A program made the translations under genes and the position numbers. A DNA stretch of 62,805 nucleotides, filler included, from Klebsormidium nitens (taxonomy: Eukaryota > Plantae > Klebsormidiophyceae): the NCBI GenBank assembly GCA_000708835.1. It is 4 parts of 4 records of this genome, joined end to end, with 100 filler letters (N's around TTAATTAATTAA, not from the genome) between each part and the next. Parts side by side here need not be neighbours in the genome. Positions count along the whole stretch, not along the records: positions 24,404 to 43,809 come from DF237935.1; positions 43,910 to 62,805 come from DF237942.1; 2 more parts are not named here. One strand, written 5' to 3'. The notes beneath the pieces are model-generated. The model ran no database searches. It worked only from the letters and a program-made list of their open reading frames with translations, and was not told the origin of the DNA. This document shows positions 38,001-51,065 of the stretch, in pieces (within the stretch, counting starts at the first letter, position 1; every line of letters starts with the position of its first letter).

Positions 38001-41000
38001 GAACACTGACGATGTAGAAACAGCAGGAAAAATGACAATACAACACAAGGAAAAGTTGACGCCTATTGCCGGACATGCACTCACCAGTGCGCTCCTGGAA
38101 GCCCTCCTCGCCGACTCTTTCTTCGACCGCTCCTCCTTTCGGTTTCGCTTGTCCGGATCCTCCGCCATAGCTGCAAAAATAGAGCAGAGAAGCCTTTGTA
38201 AGTACTGCAAATGCAATACGCCCAGAGTTGCCACCCGCCCAGGGAGGAAAACGTCTATATGAGCACCCGAATATGCGGCAGCTGATATCTGATGCCTCGC
38301 ACTTTCCTGCGGAAGAACACAATTGACAAACGGCTTCAACAGTATTGCAGCAATATTCCTGCCCCCAACCAAAAGCAAAAGCGCCCGGTCGTTTCCAGAA
38401 AGAACCAACACGCCAGTGACTTCAAAGCATAGAGAGACGAACGAGATGCATGTCTTACCTGCAGGGGTCATCATAGGCGGGCGGTATAACCCGTCAGCCC
38501 CTTCCTCGTCCAATTTGGACACTAGAGCGTCCGGATTGGGGCGGTATTTAAGAGCGTCCGCAGGGGCGGACGGGCCGCCAGGTGTCGCGTCACCATTGGC
38601 TGCGGGCTCCTTGGCGGCTGCCAACAGCTTGTCGATTTGGTACTGCAGCTTCTTGTCGATCGGCCGGATTTTCTGGGGGGGGGGAAGCGATAAAACAAGT
38701 CAGACTGGCTTGCCGAGACTCGGTGGAAGATTGAAGAAGCGGATTAGCAAAAGTCTCAACAAATTCGGCTGAATTTTCAAAGAGGTCTGCCTGCTATCCA
38801 GTGCTAAACCATTGGAAATGTCTGGAAGGGGTCGTCAAAAACAATGCCCACAAGAATTGGAAAGAAGTTGAGGGCCCCTTATCCTCAAGCTAGGACCCGC
38901 CCAAACCTTCGGTTCTAGGGGCGCCCAGAATAACGCCTGACTTCAGCCCCTAGATCCAAATAGGATGCACACGACATACGCCGGGAGCTGCCGCAAACAA
39001 TCCCTCCTTTCCACATGCCTTTTGACTCAACCCAAAGAAACACCGAAACAGACCCAAAATTATTGCAGCGGCAAATACAATCACAACCCACAATTTTCCG
39101 TCGTCCTACCTCGAGGAAGAGCCGCAGTTCCACCATCCTAGTTATCACCGGGTGGTCCTGCACCGGCCGCCCCTCCGCTTTCAGCAGCAAGTAGAACACG
39201 ATGTTCTGACAGTACGTCAGAAGCAGTAAATGCTTCGCCTCCAAATAGCTGATTCCGTCCTGCGTCGCATACTTCCCGTCCTTAACCGCCCTCAAAACCG
39301 GCTGCACCTTCTCGGTTATCTCCCTTAACCCCTCCCTTAACTCCCCCAGAAGCGACACCAGCTCGGGCGCCTCGCTCATCACTGCCGCCAACTTCTCTTC
39401 CCTCGTCAACGAATCCAAATCCTTCTTAACCTCCTCTACGGTGACCCCGTTTTCCTTGACCCCCTTCTTGACCCCGTTTTCTGCTCGGTTAGCGGCCGCC
39501 TCCAAAGTCTCTTCCCCGGCATCGGGGGTTTCTTTGTCGGACTCGTCCTCGCTTTCTTGGTCGTAATCTTCGGGACGCAGAGACTGCGCGAGCTTTCGCT
39601 GCTGCTCAAGTACCATCTCTTCCTCCTCGGCGGGGGCCTCTTCATCATCGGTCAGCTCAAGATCCACGTTATCTGCAAAAAAGAACATTTTTATTAGTGA
39701 ACATTTCAAATGAACTTTGACTAAAACATGGAGATCCAAGGCGCTTGTGCATGTGCCCATCAACTAGCAAAGATCCAGGAAATTCATAGATAAGGAAGGG
39801 ATAAGGAAGCGATGATATTGGACATTAGATTGCCGCCTAAGATGACTCTGCCATAACAGCAACACCCGGGCCTAGTTTTCTGAGAGTACCTGCCCCCTGA
39901 TGATCAAACACGAGACAAGCACCTGTCGTTCAGACCAACGACTTGGGCATACCAAGTGACACCCCTTTGTTGTAAGCATTACTTCCTTCGTTTGCCAGAT
40001 GTAGATGCCGCTGCGCCCTGCATTTGATGTCTTAGTCTTTTTGAGAATATGGCGTACCTCCTCCATAGTACACCTTCTTGCTCTTTCCCCACAGCTTCTG
40101 TTCATCGTCATCTTCATCCTCTTCCTCCTCATCTTGGTTGCCCACGCCCATCGCAGCCAGCTTCTGCTTCATAAATTTGGCCTGCTTTGCCAGCTTGGCC
40201 GTCATTCCACCCAGCTCCTCGTCATCGTCTTCGTCAGGATCCTGCGCAAGAAAAAGAAAAGTCAGCACTTACTGCAGTAGGAGAACACAAAAGGACTTGC
40301 CAAGCAAGGATTAAAGATGGGCGAAAGAAGTATGCTGTATTAACGAGAGAATAGGCCGGATTGCAGCTCAAGTTAGACCAAGAGCGAGCAGGAGTTTTTG
40401 ATGCATTCGAAGGTAACTTTCGTTTGAAACAGCCCCCTAAGCATCTAAATGTATAGTTCCCAGTGTAAAAATGACTAGCTCGAGAAGTGGTGGAATAATC
40501 GGTAAAACAAGCTGTTGCAGCGTTCACAGTCTTTTTGACCATTACCAGAAAGCAAGGCGCGACCGAGATCACCTCACCATCAGACCATCAAACAATCCAA
40601 TCTGCCACTTCTTTCGCACATCCTTCCAACAAAGTCAGATTTCCATCAAGAACACCTTTCTTGCATTCCATCATTCTTAAAGAAAGCAAATCAGAAGACT
40701 CACATCATCCTCAGACTCATCATCCGACTCCGCGCCCTTCACATCGAACACCGCCTCATCTTCCTCCTCGCTCCCAGACGCCTCCAAGTCCTCTTCCGCA
40801 TTCAGACCAACTTTGTCCCGCCCCTTTGCAAACTCGTCAATCTCGTCCTCAAAGTCCTCTCGCCGGTATCCCATGTTTCCATCTGCTCGCCCCATTGTGG
40901 CACCTTTACCGCCCCTGCCGGCCTGACCACCCCCCATCGCACCTCGGTTCCCTCTACCGCCCCCGCCCCTGCCCCTGCCACTACCGCCCCTGCCCCTTTG

Positions 41001-41045
41001 GCCGCCACCCCGGCCACCCCGGCCGCCCCGACCGCCCCGCGCCAT
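35018..41045 (-). CDS. SAS10: U3 snoRNP / SSU processome protein of the Sas10/Utp3/C1D family, with a neuroguidin/Lcp5-like central segment and a Sas10 C-terminal domain
   Basis: Exons 41045-40704, 40241-40058, 39672-39110, 38672-38459, 38170-38085, 36595-36223, 35481-35018, all GT/AG. RGG-rich start; APELVSLLGEL…GISYLEAKHLLLLTYCQNIVFYLLLKAEG…HPV; GDADLPVRETLGERRKKHD; C-terminal KRGINKQIEKNKGLTPHRKK…NPRVK…YGGETSGIKASISRSVR. Confidence 0.92.
36596..37050 (-). repeat. Three degenerate tandem copies of the exon-6 splice acceptor and exon start in the upstream intron
   Basis: True acceptor at 36596-98 (LRTLAEEIEGRPEE); copies at 36731-33 (LRTSVEEMEGGP), 36889-91 (LPTPAEEIEGC) and 37041-43 (LRILVEGFEGRPEE). 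Confidence 0.85.
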
Positions 41046-43539
41046 GATTTGCGCAACTCAGAAGAGAATGTCTACAAGGGCCTACAAGGGAGCAGAAGTT
41101 TGTATCCAGTAGGCCTATGCGTGGCCTTCAAAGGAGCAGTCTCAGCTCTCTGCTCGGCTCTCTGCTCGGCTCTGCGCTGCGCTGCTCTGCTCTCCACAAT
41201 TTCAGAGCTTTCTCCATAACTTAAGCCGGTAGAACACGAGCAACAGCCATTACCGGCCGTCCGATGACCGTTATCGACGGCTGACGTTGATCGGCGAAAG
41301 TGATTTCGACGGCGTTTCTCCATAACTGCCCGCCAGCCCCCAGACCCCCGGCCTCAGCCAGGGGGTTATGGGGCTCGAGAGCGGCGGCCGTATGATAGAT
41401 TCAGGGGCAAATTTCATCATAGCTTATGCTGCAACGAAGTACCCGCATGGTCGTCGAAGGTAGATCGTTATCGAACTTAAATTTCGCCCCTGGCCGTCGA
41501 AGGTTTAGTAGGTTCGAAAGCAATTATAGGCCGCGGAATACCCAGAGGCATAACCTACCGAATCGATTTCAACCTACCGGGGCATTGATAATGGAGGGCT
41601 CAGATGAAGGAGGCGGCATTCAATCGGACGGCTATCGCAGCGACTCGATATCGTGACATCACCAGCTTCGGAATCTCGTTATGCAAGTTAACCGTCCGGT
41701 AACCGAGCTAGCTTAACCCGAATCTGGCGCCATTTTCTACCACCAGCCATAGAAAGCATGGGCGCCCCATGGCGCTTTCCATCCTTATTAAACTGTCGAG
41801 CAATCTTAGTGTCCTTTTTAGCGTTAAAAAATCTAGGTTAGGTTGTTGGTCTTACCTTAGGTGACTTGAGTCGAGCTCGGCGGGGGCACTTGCATAAGCT
41901 CGCCCGCCACTGTTCATCGTCGTGATCAGCTAACTTTCTTGCTCCGCTCTACCTCTCTGAGCTCGCCCCTACCTAGCAAAAGTGGAATGAAAAGGAATGG
42001 TGGAGGGACGAGGATGAACGAGCGATGCGAGTTCTTGGTCTTGAAGGCAGTACGGGATCAGTCTATAGCGGCAGTCTGCAAAATGGCCCTAGCAAATTTC
42101 GGTGAATCCACCCTTCTTTGTTCGACATCACTCTACTGTTCGAGCGTACACTGTGTACGCTTTGTGTACTTTCACCATGACGCAATCGGCCGCGTGGTCA
42201 CGAATCTGGGGGATCGAGCAAAAATGAGAGGCTTCGCCTCGTCAGGGGATCGAACGTGGTCGATTTGCCAAGCAAAGAGAAGCTATACGCATTATACTGC
42301 GATTACACCGGGTACCGAGTGCGCTGAACAATCAATATATATCGTGTAACATGCGCGAAGCGGCCGCCCTTCGTCCGTCGAACGTTTTATCACTTTCGAA
42401 TGATTGTTCGACGATATTTTAGAGCCTACTTTTCGCCCGGTGCAAGTCACCGCCCTTTCTTTCACACTTAAAATCGGGGGGCTGCCGCCCCCCCGAGCCC
42501 CCCCGCTCCCTCCTCTGGAGGTCTTAGCGTCGTTGCACGAAAGTGGACCATAATTTGAGACAATGAGAGAATTGCCCTGTTCCGGCCGGCCGGCGACAAT
42601 GACATTGAAAGGCTGCAAGCTGTGCTCCATCAAATTGGGGCCTACCTTGACGGCCGGATCGGTCGACACGGATCGGACGGTCGAGATACGGCAATGATTG
42701 TGACGGAATGCCCTTGACGGTAAATATGACTGGAGAGGATTTGCCACGTTAGCCCCCCGCCGCGATTTACTGGTACACGAGAGGCCCGAACGTCGAAGTT
42801 CGAACCGTACAAACTTAGGGACTTGCGACGGGCTTGCGACCGGGGCACATGGGCAGCGTTCCGAGCGGTGGTTGGTGCACGAACTTAGAAAGATGAGATC
42901 AGGCCGAAAGGCTATCTTTGTAGACTTGAAGGCCCAAAGAAATTCGGACCGAGGAGCAGGGTAGGATCTGCCGGGGCAAGTGTTACTTACGGAGCAGAGG
43001 CTTCGCTGTGGGAAGTAGAGTTGCTCAGGGCTTGAATGATGGAACTTGTGGACTCACATTGTACTGAAGTCAACAGTGGGATTAGTGAAAGCAGTGGGCA
43101 GTTGTCCAAAGGACATGTGAAAGTGGAGCCAGCCTCCTTGGAGGATTGGAGCGCATTGCTTCAGGCTACTTCAGGGTTGATTACCAGCAATGCCAGCTGA
43201 GGGCAGCTGTCAAGTGCCTCACATGCGCACAGCAGCTCTGGGTTAAGGATACGTTCTCTATATTGAAATGGTGGCAGTGATTATCTGCGGCTCACATTCC
43301 GTAAGGGCCAAGAGAGCAATGGACTCTACAAGGGCTATCTGATCAGCTCAGAAGTGCCGAAGGGGAAGCAAACAAAGCAAATTGTGTGCCTCAGTTGCAT
43401 AGAGCTCGACTCCTCGGCAGCATTGCTGAGAGCGCATATGGGCAGTCAAAATCATTCTGGGGAGCAGAAGAGATGGCGGCGCAGAGGCTGTCATTCTACG
43501 GCGACAGCATGGTGCGGCATCCTGGACCCAGTGCTTTGA

Positions 43540-44267
43540 TGTAACGGCGCTAGCTTTCCGGACCTATCGCGGGGATCCCCTGGTAGTCACGCGCACGCGG
43601 GTCGCGCACACTTGTGTCATTAACGCGCAGTGCGGCCGCGAGTTAAACCCCGAGCTAGTTCCGCCGTCGGATGGTCGGATCCGGTTGAATTCAAAACGGG
43701 CATACTGTCTGAGTCTATGCATGTGCACGTACTGCAAGTCTGCGACTCATAATATCATACACATGAGATTATGCATGCAACTCCCAAGAGGGAGCAGGAA
43801 TGAGACATGNNNNNNNNNNNNNNNNNNNNNNNNNNNNNNNNNNNNNNNNNNNNTTAATTAATTAANNNNNNNNNNNNNNNNNNNNNNNNNNNNNNNNNNN
43901 NNNNNNNNNAAGTAGACTAGAAGGATGCAAGCATGGCCACCATGTCAAGGCGCCAAGAGCTCCTCACGAGAGTCTACTCGCGAGAAGAATGGTCTCCTAG
44001 CGAGATGTCTCTGCCTAATGTATGGCGTGGTCTGAGGCTAACCGTAAGACTAGCCTATCGAATCGAATACTAGCAGACTGAGCTGTGGCTCAAGTCATAA
44101 CGACTGCGAACGTGAACTAGAGTCTGCGATAACCTGCTAAGGTAACCGCGTCTCTGCAACCTAGCTCGTAAGCTATGCAACGTCTCATAAGCTATGCAAT
44201 AACAAGCAAATCATGCAATACGCTATGCAACCGATGCTCTGCTATGCCGATGTCATACAGCGTGACA
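43540..44267 (+). mobile_element. Putative LTR sequence spanning an assembly gap
   Basis: Starts TGTAAC and ends GTGACA; AT-rich short repeats (gctatgcaa). No target-site duplication; interrupted by the gap. Confidence 0.35.
43810..43909. other. Assembly gap with TTAATTAATTAA linker
   Basis: N-run, linker, N-run. Confidence 0.97.
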
Positions 44268-45989
44268 GCGTATTGAATCATTCCGACCGCATGTAAGGCT
44301 ACTACTGGCCCGTCGGAGGACCGTTGTTACCCACAAACAAGACCAGTTATGTACCTGGTCCACACTTTGGCCTGCATGATGGGGCCGGCGATTGTACACA
44401 TGCGTGTGTCTTAACGTCCTAGCGGGGACAATCATGATTGGCGCTTTGGAATATATATATTTGAGTGCAATCAAATTCCAAAGCTGAAAATTAATCTTGT
44501 GGGATCTGCCGCCATGATGCCCATGCTGGCAGGCGGCGGCCTGCATGCACTGGGCATGACAATCATATGTGCAGCGTAATTGAAAATGCATGACACCCGG
44601 CCCGCCTCAGCACCATGTCACGTCATTGAAACACTATAAATGTAGGCAACACCGTCAGATTCACTTAAAATTGAGGCCACTGTCAACGAGACTGTCAATA
44701 GCAAACCAATTATCGGAATACACACCCTGACATGCATTTATCTTCACAGCCATTAGTAACCACCGCGCAAACTACACCGTGCTCGCAACATGTCGAACTA
44801 CAATCACAACGTCTTAAAGACTTAATGACTCACACTGTATAGGTTAGGCTTTGACTGCCACAACTAAGAATTGCAATCAAGGGGTCAACTGACTTTGTGA
44901 CGAAGTTGATTGGGGCTTCGATCCCAGAGCTTCAACTCATCTACTGTTACTGAGAATTTGAGAGCATTTCTACCATTATTGAAGGATCTTCCAATTGCCC
45001 AGTGCTTGCCAGCAAACCCGCCATTTCCTATCCACAATAGTGTGCAGATTTCAAGTTGCACACGAGCCATTGAGAAGACTTCTTCCAGGCTGGTTAAGTG
45101 CAACTGTGTCCAAACAAAGTACCGACGTCTGAATGGGATGCAACGCCGCGAAATGGTTCGAATCTGCGTCGGTAACCTTGGTGCAATAGTGGAGCACTGA
45201 TATAAGTATTAGTCGAATACCTCGGGCGTCACATAGCAATGCAACTAAATTCGATCGACATTTATGATGCATTCGCATGTGTCAAACCTTTTGAGAAACC
45301 AGAAGAGAGAAACAGATACTTGCTTCTTCATCATGCAGCGAGACGGCAACACCTGGCGCCCAGAGCCCGGCTCCACCGCAGCACCATGCAGCACGACCCG
45401 AACGCTCCATCCATCGGCAACCGACAATACGAACGGCGTCAGCACTCGTGCAACCCGCAGTAGCAGCTCGAACGGCACTCCCCAAGCGGCGCTCTCACAG
45501 CTACTGCACGGCCCCTTCTCACAGCAGCACCGGCAAAGCAGCAACATTCATGCGACCTCCTTGAACACGCAGCACGGCCCCTTCACACGATCTCAGCTAC
45601 CGAGACCACCACAGCAACCGCCGCAGCAGGTCACGTCCAACCCACAGCACAGCGGCAACACGAACAGGGCCCCTTCAGCAGCCAGCGGCGCAGCTTCAGA
45701 CCGCTCCGCACTGTGCAGAAAAGCTAGGCTTCAAGGCAAAGCTTACAGATTGAGGCTCTAAACTGCTTCACTAAGAAGTCTGCCCGTGGAAAAGGACCCT
45801 ACCTAACATCCATGCCACTAAAGGGTAGGGCCTGCACATGCCCGTCTTCAATCGTTTCGACTTCCAAAAAGTCAAGAGGAGACAACTGCCAAACCTAATG
45901 CATACTCTTAACTCACACCAAAAGACCGAAATGATTCATGCACACTGCCAATGCAGATGACAACAGCTCTTAAAGTTTCTCGGGGCCCC

Positions 45990-48900
45990 CAGGACTTCTT
46001 CCGGTTCCCGACATCCATCCTCGCACAGTTGTCGGGGATTATACCCTCGTCTCGCTCAATCCTGCAAGGGTAGAAAACAAAGTTTGATTATGCGGTACTG
46101 AAATGGGGAAAGCAGGCGCTTCGCTTCGCATCAAGGTCGCAACATTTCCAATCTGTGTCGGGGAGCATCCCAGTGGACAACCACAGCCTCTTGTCCGTAG
46201 CGCCATAACTCCGTGATCTCGAACAGTCCGTGCACCGCACTAGCAAAAGCCTTTGAGTAACTCACCTCGTCGCTCTTGACGGGGCTCTTCTTCGGAGACA
46301 CACTCCGCTTTGGCGAGACGCTCCGAGCAGGGGGCGGGCTCTTCCGGGGGCTCAGGCTCCGCTTCCGGGGAGACGGGCTGCGCGTGGCCCTCCTTGGTGC
46401 GGGGGAGGCACTGCAGCAATAAGATCGAGAGAACCGTTCGGAACCAAAAACGCTCGGATAAAACGGGGGACTAAACTCGAACCAGGGTGTCGAGAATCTG
46501 AGAAATCGGAGCCAGTCCGTTCAGTAGCAGGTTCAGAGGTGGGACCGATTTTGAGACGCATTAGGTGTCCACTAAGGTACTACTTCCATTTTGTCGTTCC
46601 GCTCATAATATTCTTCAAAGAAGTAAGCCCTGCAACCCAAATCAGACGATCGACCACAATCTACGAAGCTTGGCGTACCTCCTGCTCTCGGAGCGCTTCC
46701 TGGCTGGGCTCCTGCTGGGGGACCGCCTCCTCACGGGGCTCCGGCTGTCGCTGCGCGCCCGACGCCGCACGGGGGACTCGCTGTCGCTGCGGGCACGCCT
46801 GCGGCGGGGCGGGGTGCGGCTCCTCGAGCGGCGCCGGTCCCTGCCATAGTACCCGCCTCTGGGTCAGCGGACCCAGGGGGAACACCCCCGTGAGGCATGT
46901 TGAACGGTAACCGATTACCAGCAATGCTTTGGTCCTCACGAGGGGAAAACGTTATCCATCTCTTTAGCGGATTGTCGGACTGTACTTTTGTACAAGGCTG
47001 TGAATGGATGGCAAGGCTCGAAAGCTGCGGCTGCAGAGCATGCGGGTTGAAAAGCGGCAACGATAGCAACGGCAAATAATTCCTAAAAAATGAAAAGCAC
47101 AGCTCGGAGCTTCGACTGCAAGCAAAGCAGATGTAAAACCGAAGGTCGCTCGCTCACCTGTCATCGTAGTCGCGCTCTCGCCGCCGGTCACGCCCCCTGT
47201 CATCATCCCTGCAGCAAGGTCCCACTGGATGGTAAGATACTGTCGTCTTACGCAGATTCTTGTTTGGGCGCAGCTGAACTGCCCTGGGCCAATCTCGCAC
47301 AACTCATTGGTGAGGCCACAGCGGTAGGAAGAAAAAGAAGCACACTGGGTGAAATCAGCGCTGCCTAACACATTCCATCTCCTTCCCATGCATACATCAT
47401 GCAGATGCGGAGCAATTTGTTGGGAAGTGCAATGCGATTTTCTTTTAGCAAGCTGTCTACTTCACTTGGGGGGGCAAAACAGGCTGGAAGAACTGACCTG
47501 TCACGGTCCCGGCCACGTCCGCCACCGCCCCTACAAGCATCAAATTATAGCAATTCAGCAGGAAATTGTTAAGAGAGACGCCAGCAAATCAATCTTGCAG
47601 CCTAGCTTGTAAGTCAAATGAACCCCATCGAAAGAAGGGACAAACGAACTCGCTGATCGGACGTCTTGAACACCATCCGAACAAGAACGAACTCACTAAA
47701 CAGATGTCTTCAAGAGTGGAATCGCTGCTGCAGAACGTAAGATGAGAAGACTCCATGCAAAAAGCTTGGGGTCACCTCTGCGGGGATAATGGAAATACAG
47801 GGCATGCTATCCCGACAGTGCAGCGTAATCCTCACCATTCATCCTCATTTCTTCCATACTTGGCCCACTGGACCACCAAGTCTCGCCCGTCCAGGCTCTT
47901 CCCTGAAGACAGAGGGAGCAATCTGGTGATGACAAGAAGGAATACCACATAGCACAGAAACTTTGCATGGAGCATGGATACCCTATGATCTTCAAGGAAT
48001 CAGCTCTTTGTATCTTAAACCTCTCCATGTGTCAACTTTTCTGTGTCTGCTTGACTCCTGTGACTTGATTCCTGTGACTGATCCCGGGGTAAGAAAACTT
48101 ACCATCCACTCGCTTGATGGCTTTCTCCGCCTCGTCTTCATACTTGTAGCGCACAAAGGCAAATCCCCTAGAGGTCCCCTTCCTGTGGAAGCAGCGGCAA
48201 ATTGCAATCAAATTGCTGGACTATCTAGGTTTAGGCCACTCTTCTTCGCCCATCTTTATCAAGAAGACTACTGAATCCACTTCTCAACCACTGCGGAGGT
48301 CGACTAGAGATCCAAGTATCGGTCCTGCTCATGGAGCCATCGGTTGAGCCTCTGATAACTTTGGTATGACAAGAAGAGCATTCTGGCAGTTGCAAACTCA
48401 TTGAGCTTTTACTCACCTCCTGTCACGGGGGATGAAGATATCGACCACTTTGCCGTATCTATCAAAAAGTGGCATAAGGTCATCGGCAGTGGTCCGGAAG
48501 GATATGTTCAGGACCAGTAAGCTGTGGGTGCCTGCAAAGAAGAGGCAAAAATACTCAAGGTAAAAACAAATGTCGGTGTCTCTGCTTGCAATCGTTCGGG
48601 TGCTGGCGGCAGTGACCGAGAAGTACAACTTGAGGAGGGATGAGAAGGCAGGCAACCAAGTTCGAGCGCTAATTAAAGAATACTGAGCATGGAAAAGCAT
48701 TACGTGCCAAAGCGTCACGTTGGATGTGTTGCACCAATACCAGGGACCATATCTCTGTAAATTCAATTGCATATTATTAAACAATGACATGACAGCTCTT
48801 TGAGAGAACCATATTCGGAAACCCCCCTGATCATTTGGCGAAAGGACCAACCAATACGGCATGAGGAGTGCTGAATATAACATCGCCGGCAAAGATGATT

Positions 48901-49030
48901 GAATCAGACTGCCTCCTCAAAGGAGTACACTTGCCAGCTTCGACAAAATCCACGAGAAGATCCTCGACAAAATCCTCAAAGAAGTCCTACCTGCGATATC
49001 CGGAGGGCCGGACCTTCCGAAGTGCGACAT
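45990..49030 (-). CDS. SC35: Serine/arginine-rich splicing factor SC35 (SRSF2-like; RRM + RS domain)
   Basis: Exons 49030-48991 (MSHFGRSGPPDIA), 48531-48417 (THSLLVLNISFRTTADDLMPLFDRYGKVVDIFIPRDR), 48182-~48102 (SRGFAFVRYKYEDEAEKAI), ~47904-47835 (DGRDLVVQWAKYG), then RS/SP-rich exons at ~46850-46670 and 46410-46262. The 3' end is approximate. Confidence 0.93.
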
Positions 49031-49985
49031 CGTCACCGCTGCTGATTCGCACTCAGCAAAGCCACCTCGAAAGGCGAAGAGCTGTTCAAAACACCTGGAG
49101 CGCCAAGTCGTCTAGTACTAAAGAAGCAGGGCAGAAGCTGGGCAGCCGCAACCACTGCGTTAATTCTTGACATCTGAAGATGGTGTGTACGTTGTTCTGC
49201 TTTGTATGCGACTTCAGTCACTTCAGAACCCTTTCTCCCTTACCACCCGCGGGTTAATCTCGGGGTTAATAGCTTCTCTTAGATTTTGGTGCAGATCGAC
49301 AGGACTCCAAACCTTTGCTCGAGGCTGCATAGAAGCGGTTAACGGTGTTACCGTACCGAAACCCATCACAGTAGGTTAGAGGCATTCTGATAGGAAACCC
49401 AAAAAAGCTGAACCAAGATGAGCCCTTCCAATGCCCTTGCAGAGCTCGTATCATTCTGTCAGTGATGCGGTGAGCTTGTGCAAGCACTTCCAAAGCATCT
49501 GGCTGAGACGGGTGTGACTCGGGAGCCCTTGAGGCTTGAGGGCCAGGCGATCGACTTGGTGAGATAGAAGAGCTGCCTTGCAAGTTGGATGCTGTCCTGC
49601 AATTGGTTTGCTGTGGTGGTGGTGTTTTTATGGTTTTTTATGCACTGGTTGCTGGAACTTTGTGCGGTTTCAGTGATTCGATCCTGTCACCTTAAGCTAC
49701 CGATTGACAGAAGTAGGGAGCTGATTACAAGTAAGGATGGATACATACGTATACCAGATTGTCCCACAAACATAGAAGCTGAGTTGCCCCTTAGACAGGC
49801 TGTTCCCACCTTTCGGCATTGCTCGTTGCTCCTGCTTGGACTTTATGTTTCTGGCATTCTGCAACTTGCCTTTTCAACGTTTCAGCAGTTTACTCAACCA
49901 CTTTGTTGTCTTGTCACAGTCTTCCCAACAAGGAAGTCAAGCACTCGCTGATGTTACTGCACACTTGATTGTGCCAGGTCTTAAG

Positions 49986-51065
49986 ATGGGCAATACCTTG
50001 GCGGACAATGCGCCGTCTACCTCCGCAAAAGCCCAGGGCCCTGATACAAAACTTTCTAGTAGGACAGTGAGAAGTAGAGCTGTACCCCTGCCCGATGTAA
50101 ATACAGTAGACCGAACGTCAGTGCCGGAACAAGGGATCCTTGCATATGACTACCAAGCGAAGCAGCACGTGATGCTTTTCCCCAACCCGGAGCCTACAGA
50201 AAGGCGTCTTGTCTGGCATCGGCCAAAGAAGCCCTCATTAGGACGCTACGAGGTGGGTCGCTGCAAATCGCAGTTCTTCTACGTTTGTCCCATCTTCCTA
50301 TCTTTGGGATCATGGTCTCTAGGACCCACTTCCTCTCAACTTTCACAATCCGGGTCAAGAATCAAGCCCGGAGACAGCTTGTACTCCCAACTCACTTGGT
50401 CGAGTCTTTGTTTGTCACAGTTGCATTCCGGCAGAAGACGATCTGAAACACCAAGAAAAATGGACTTGCCTAGAAACACGTCCTTTGCTTGGGATGCCCG
50501 TAGCCTATTTCATTTCGCACCGCCTGGCTTCAAGACAATCTGATAGTGTCTTTCAGCAAAAGTAGTGAAAAAGGGACTGATTGCGTTCTACGACTCATTT
50601 TCGAAAGTTCACTGAGTGGTAGCCTTTGAAGTTCACCAAAGTCGAAGAAGAATATCACTAGAGGCTGTCATTCTACATTGACTCCCACGGTTTACTTAAA
50701 ATTCCAGAATCTATTCCTGAATGTTTGCAGGTCGCTGCCCTTGCGTTATTCTTTGGATATCGTCTATTCGAACATTGGATGCGGAAGAGGCGCCAAAGAA
50801 GGCGAAATGCACAGCGCGAGCACGGAGAGTGATGTGGAAGTATGCCCGGCAGCTGGATTGCGAACACGATAAAAAATTAGGAGACCCACGAGTCCCTTGC
50901 CAGTACACCCTCCGAGGGTCACGCGTCGACAGCGTGATCACAACTTATTGCAGATCAGGGCGATTCCTAGATGCTCAAATGTACGTGCTGTATCGTAGCT
51001 TTGTGGAGCAACAGCGAATTAAAGCTGGTCGTGAAATAGAACTCCCATTGACGGTTGCAACTTGA
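49986..51065 (+). CDS. Hypothetical protein, divergently oriented from SC35
   Basis: ATG MGNTLADNAPS… open to a likely donor near 50255; second open segment 50721-51065. No recognised domain. Confidence 0.3.

Noticed and set aside
41300-42520. GC-rich cccc-gacccc / gggggctgccgcccccc motifs as DNA-transposon TIRs
   Set aside because: Could not pair them into matching inverted ends with a TSD, and no transposase is present.
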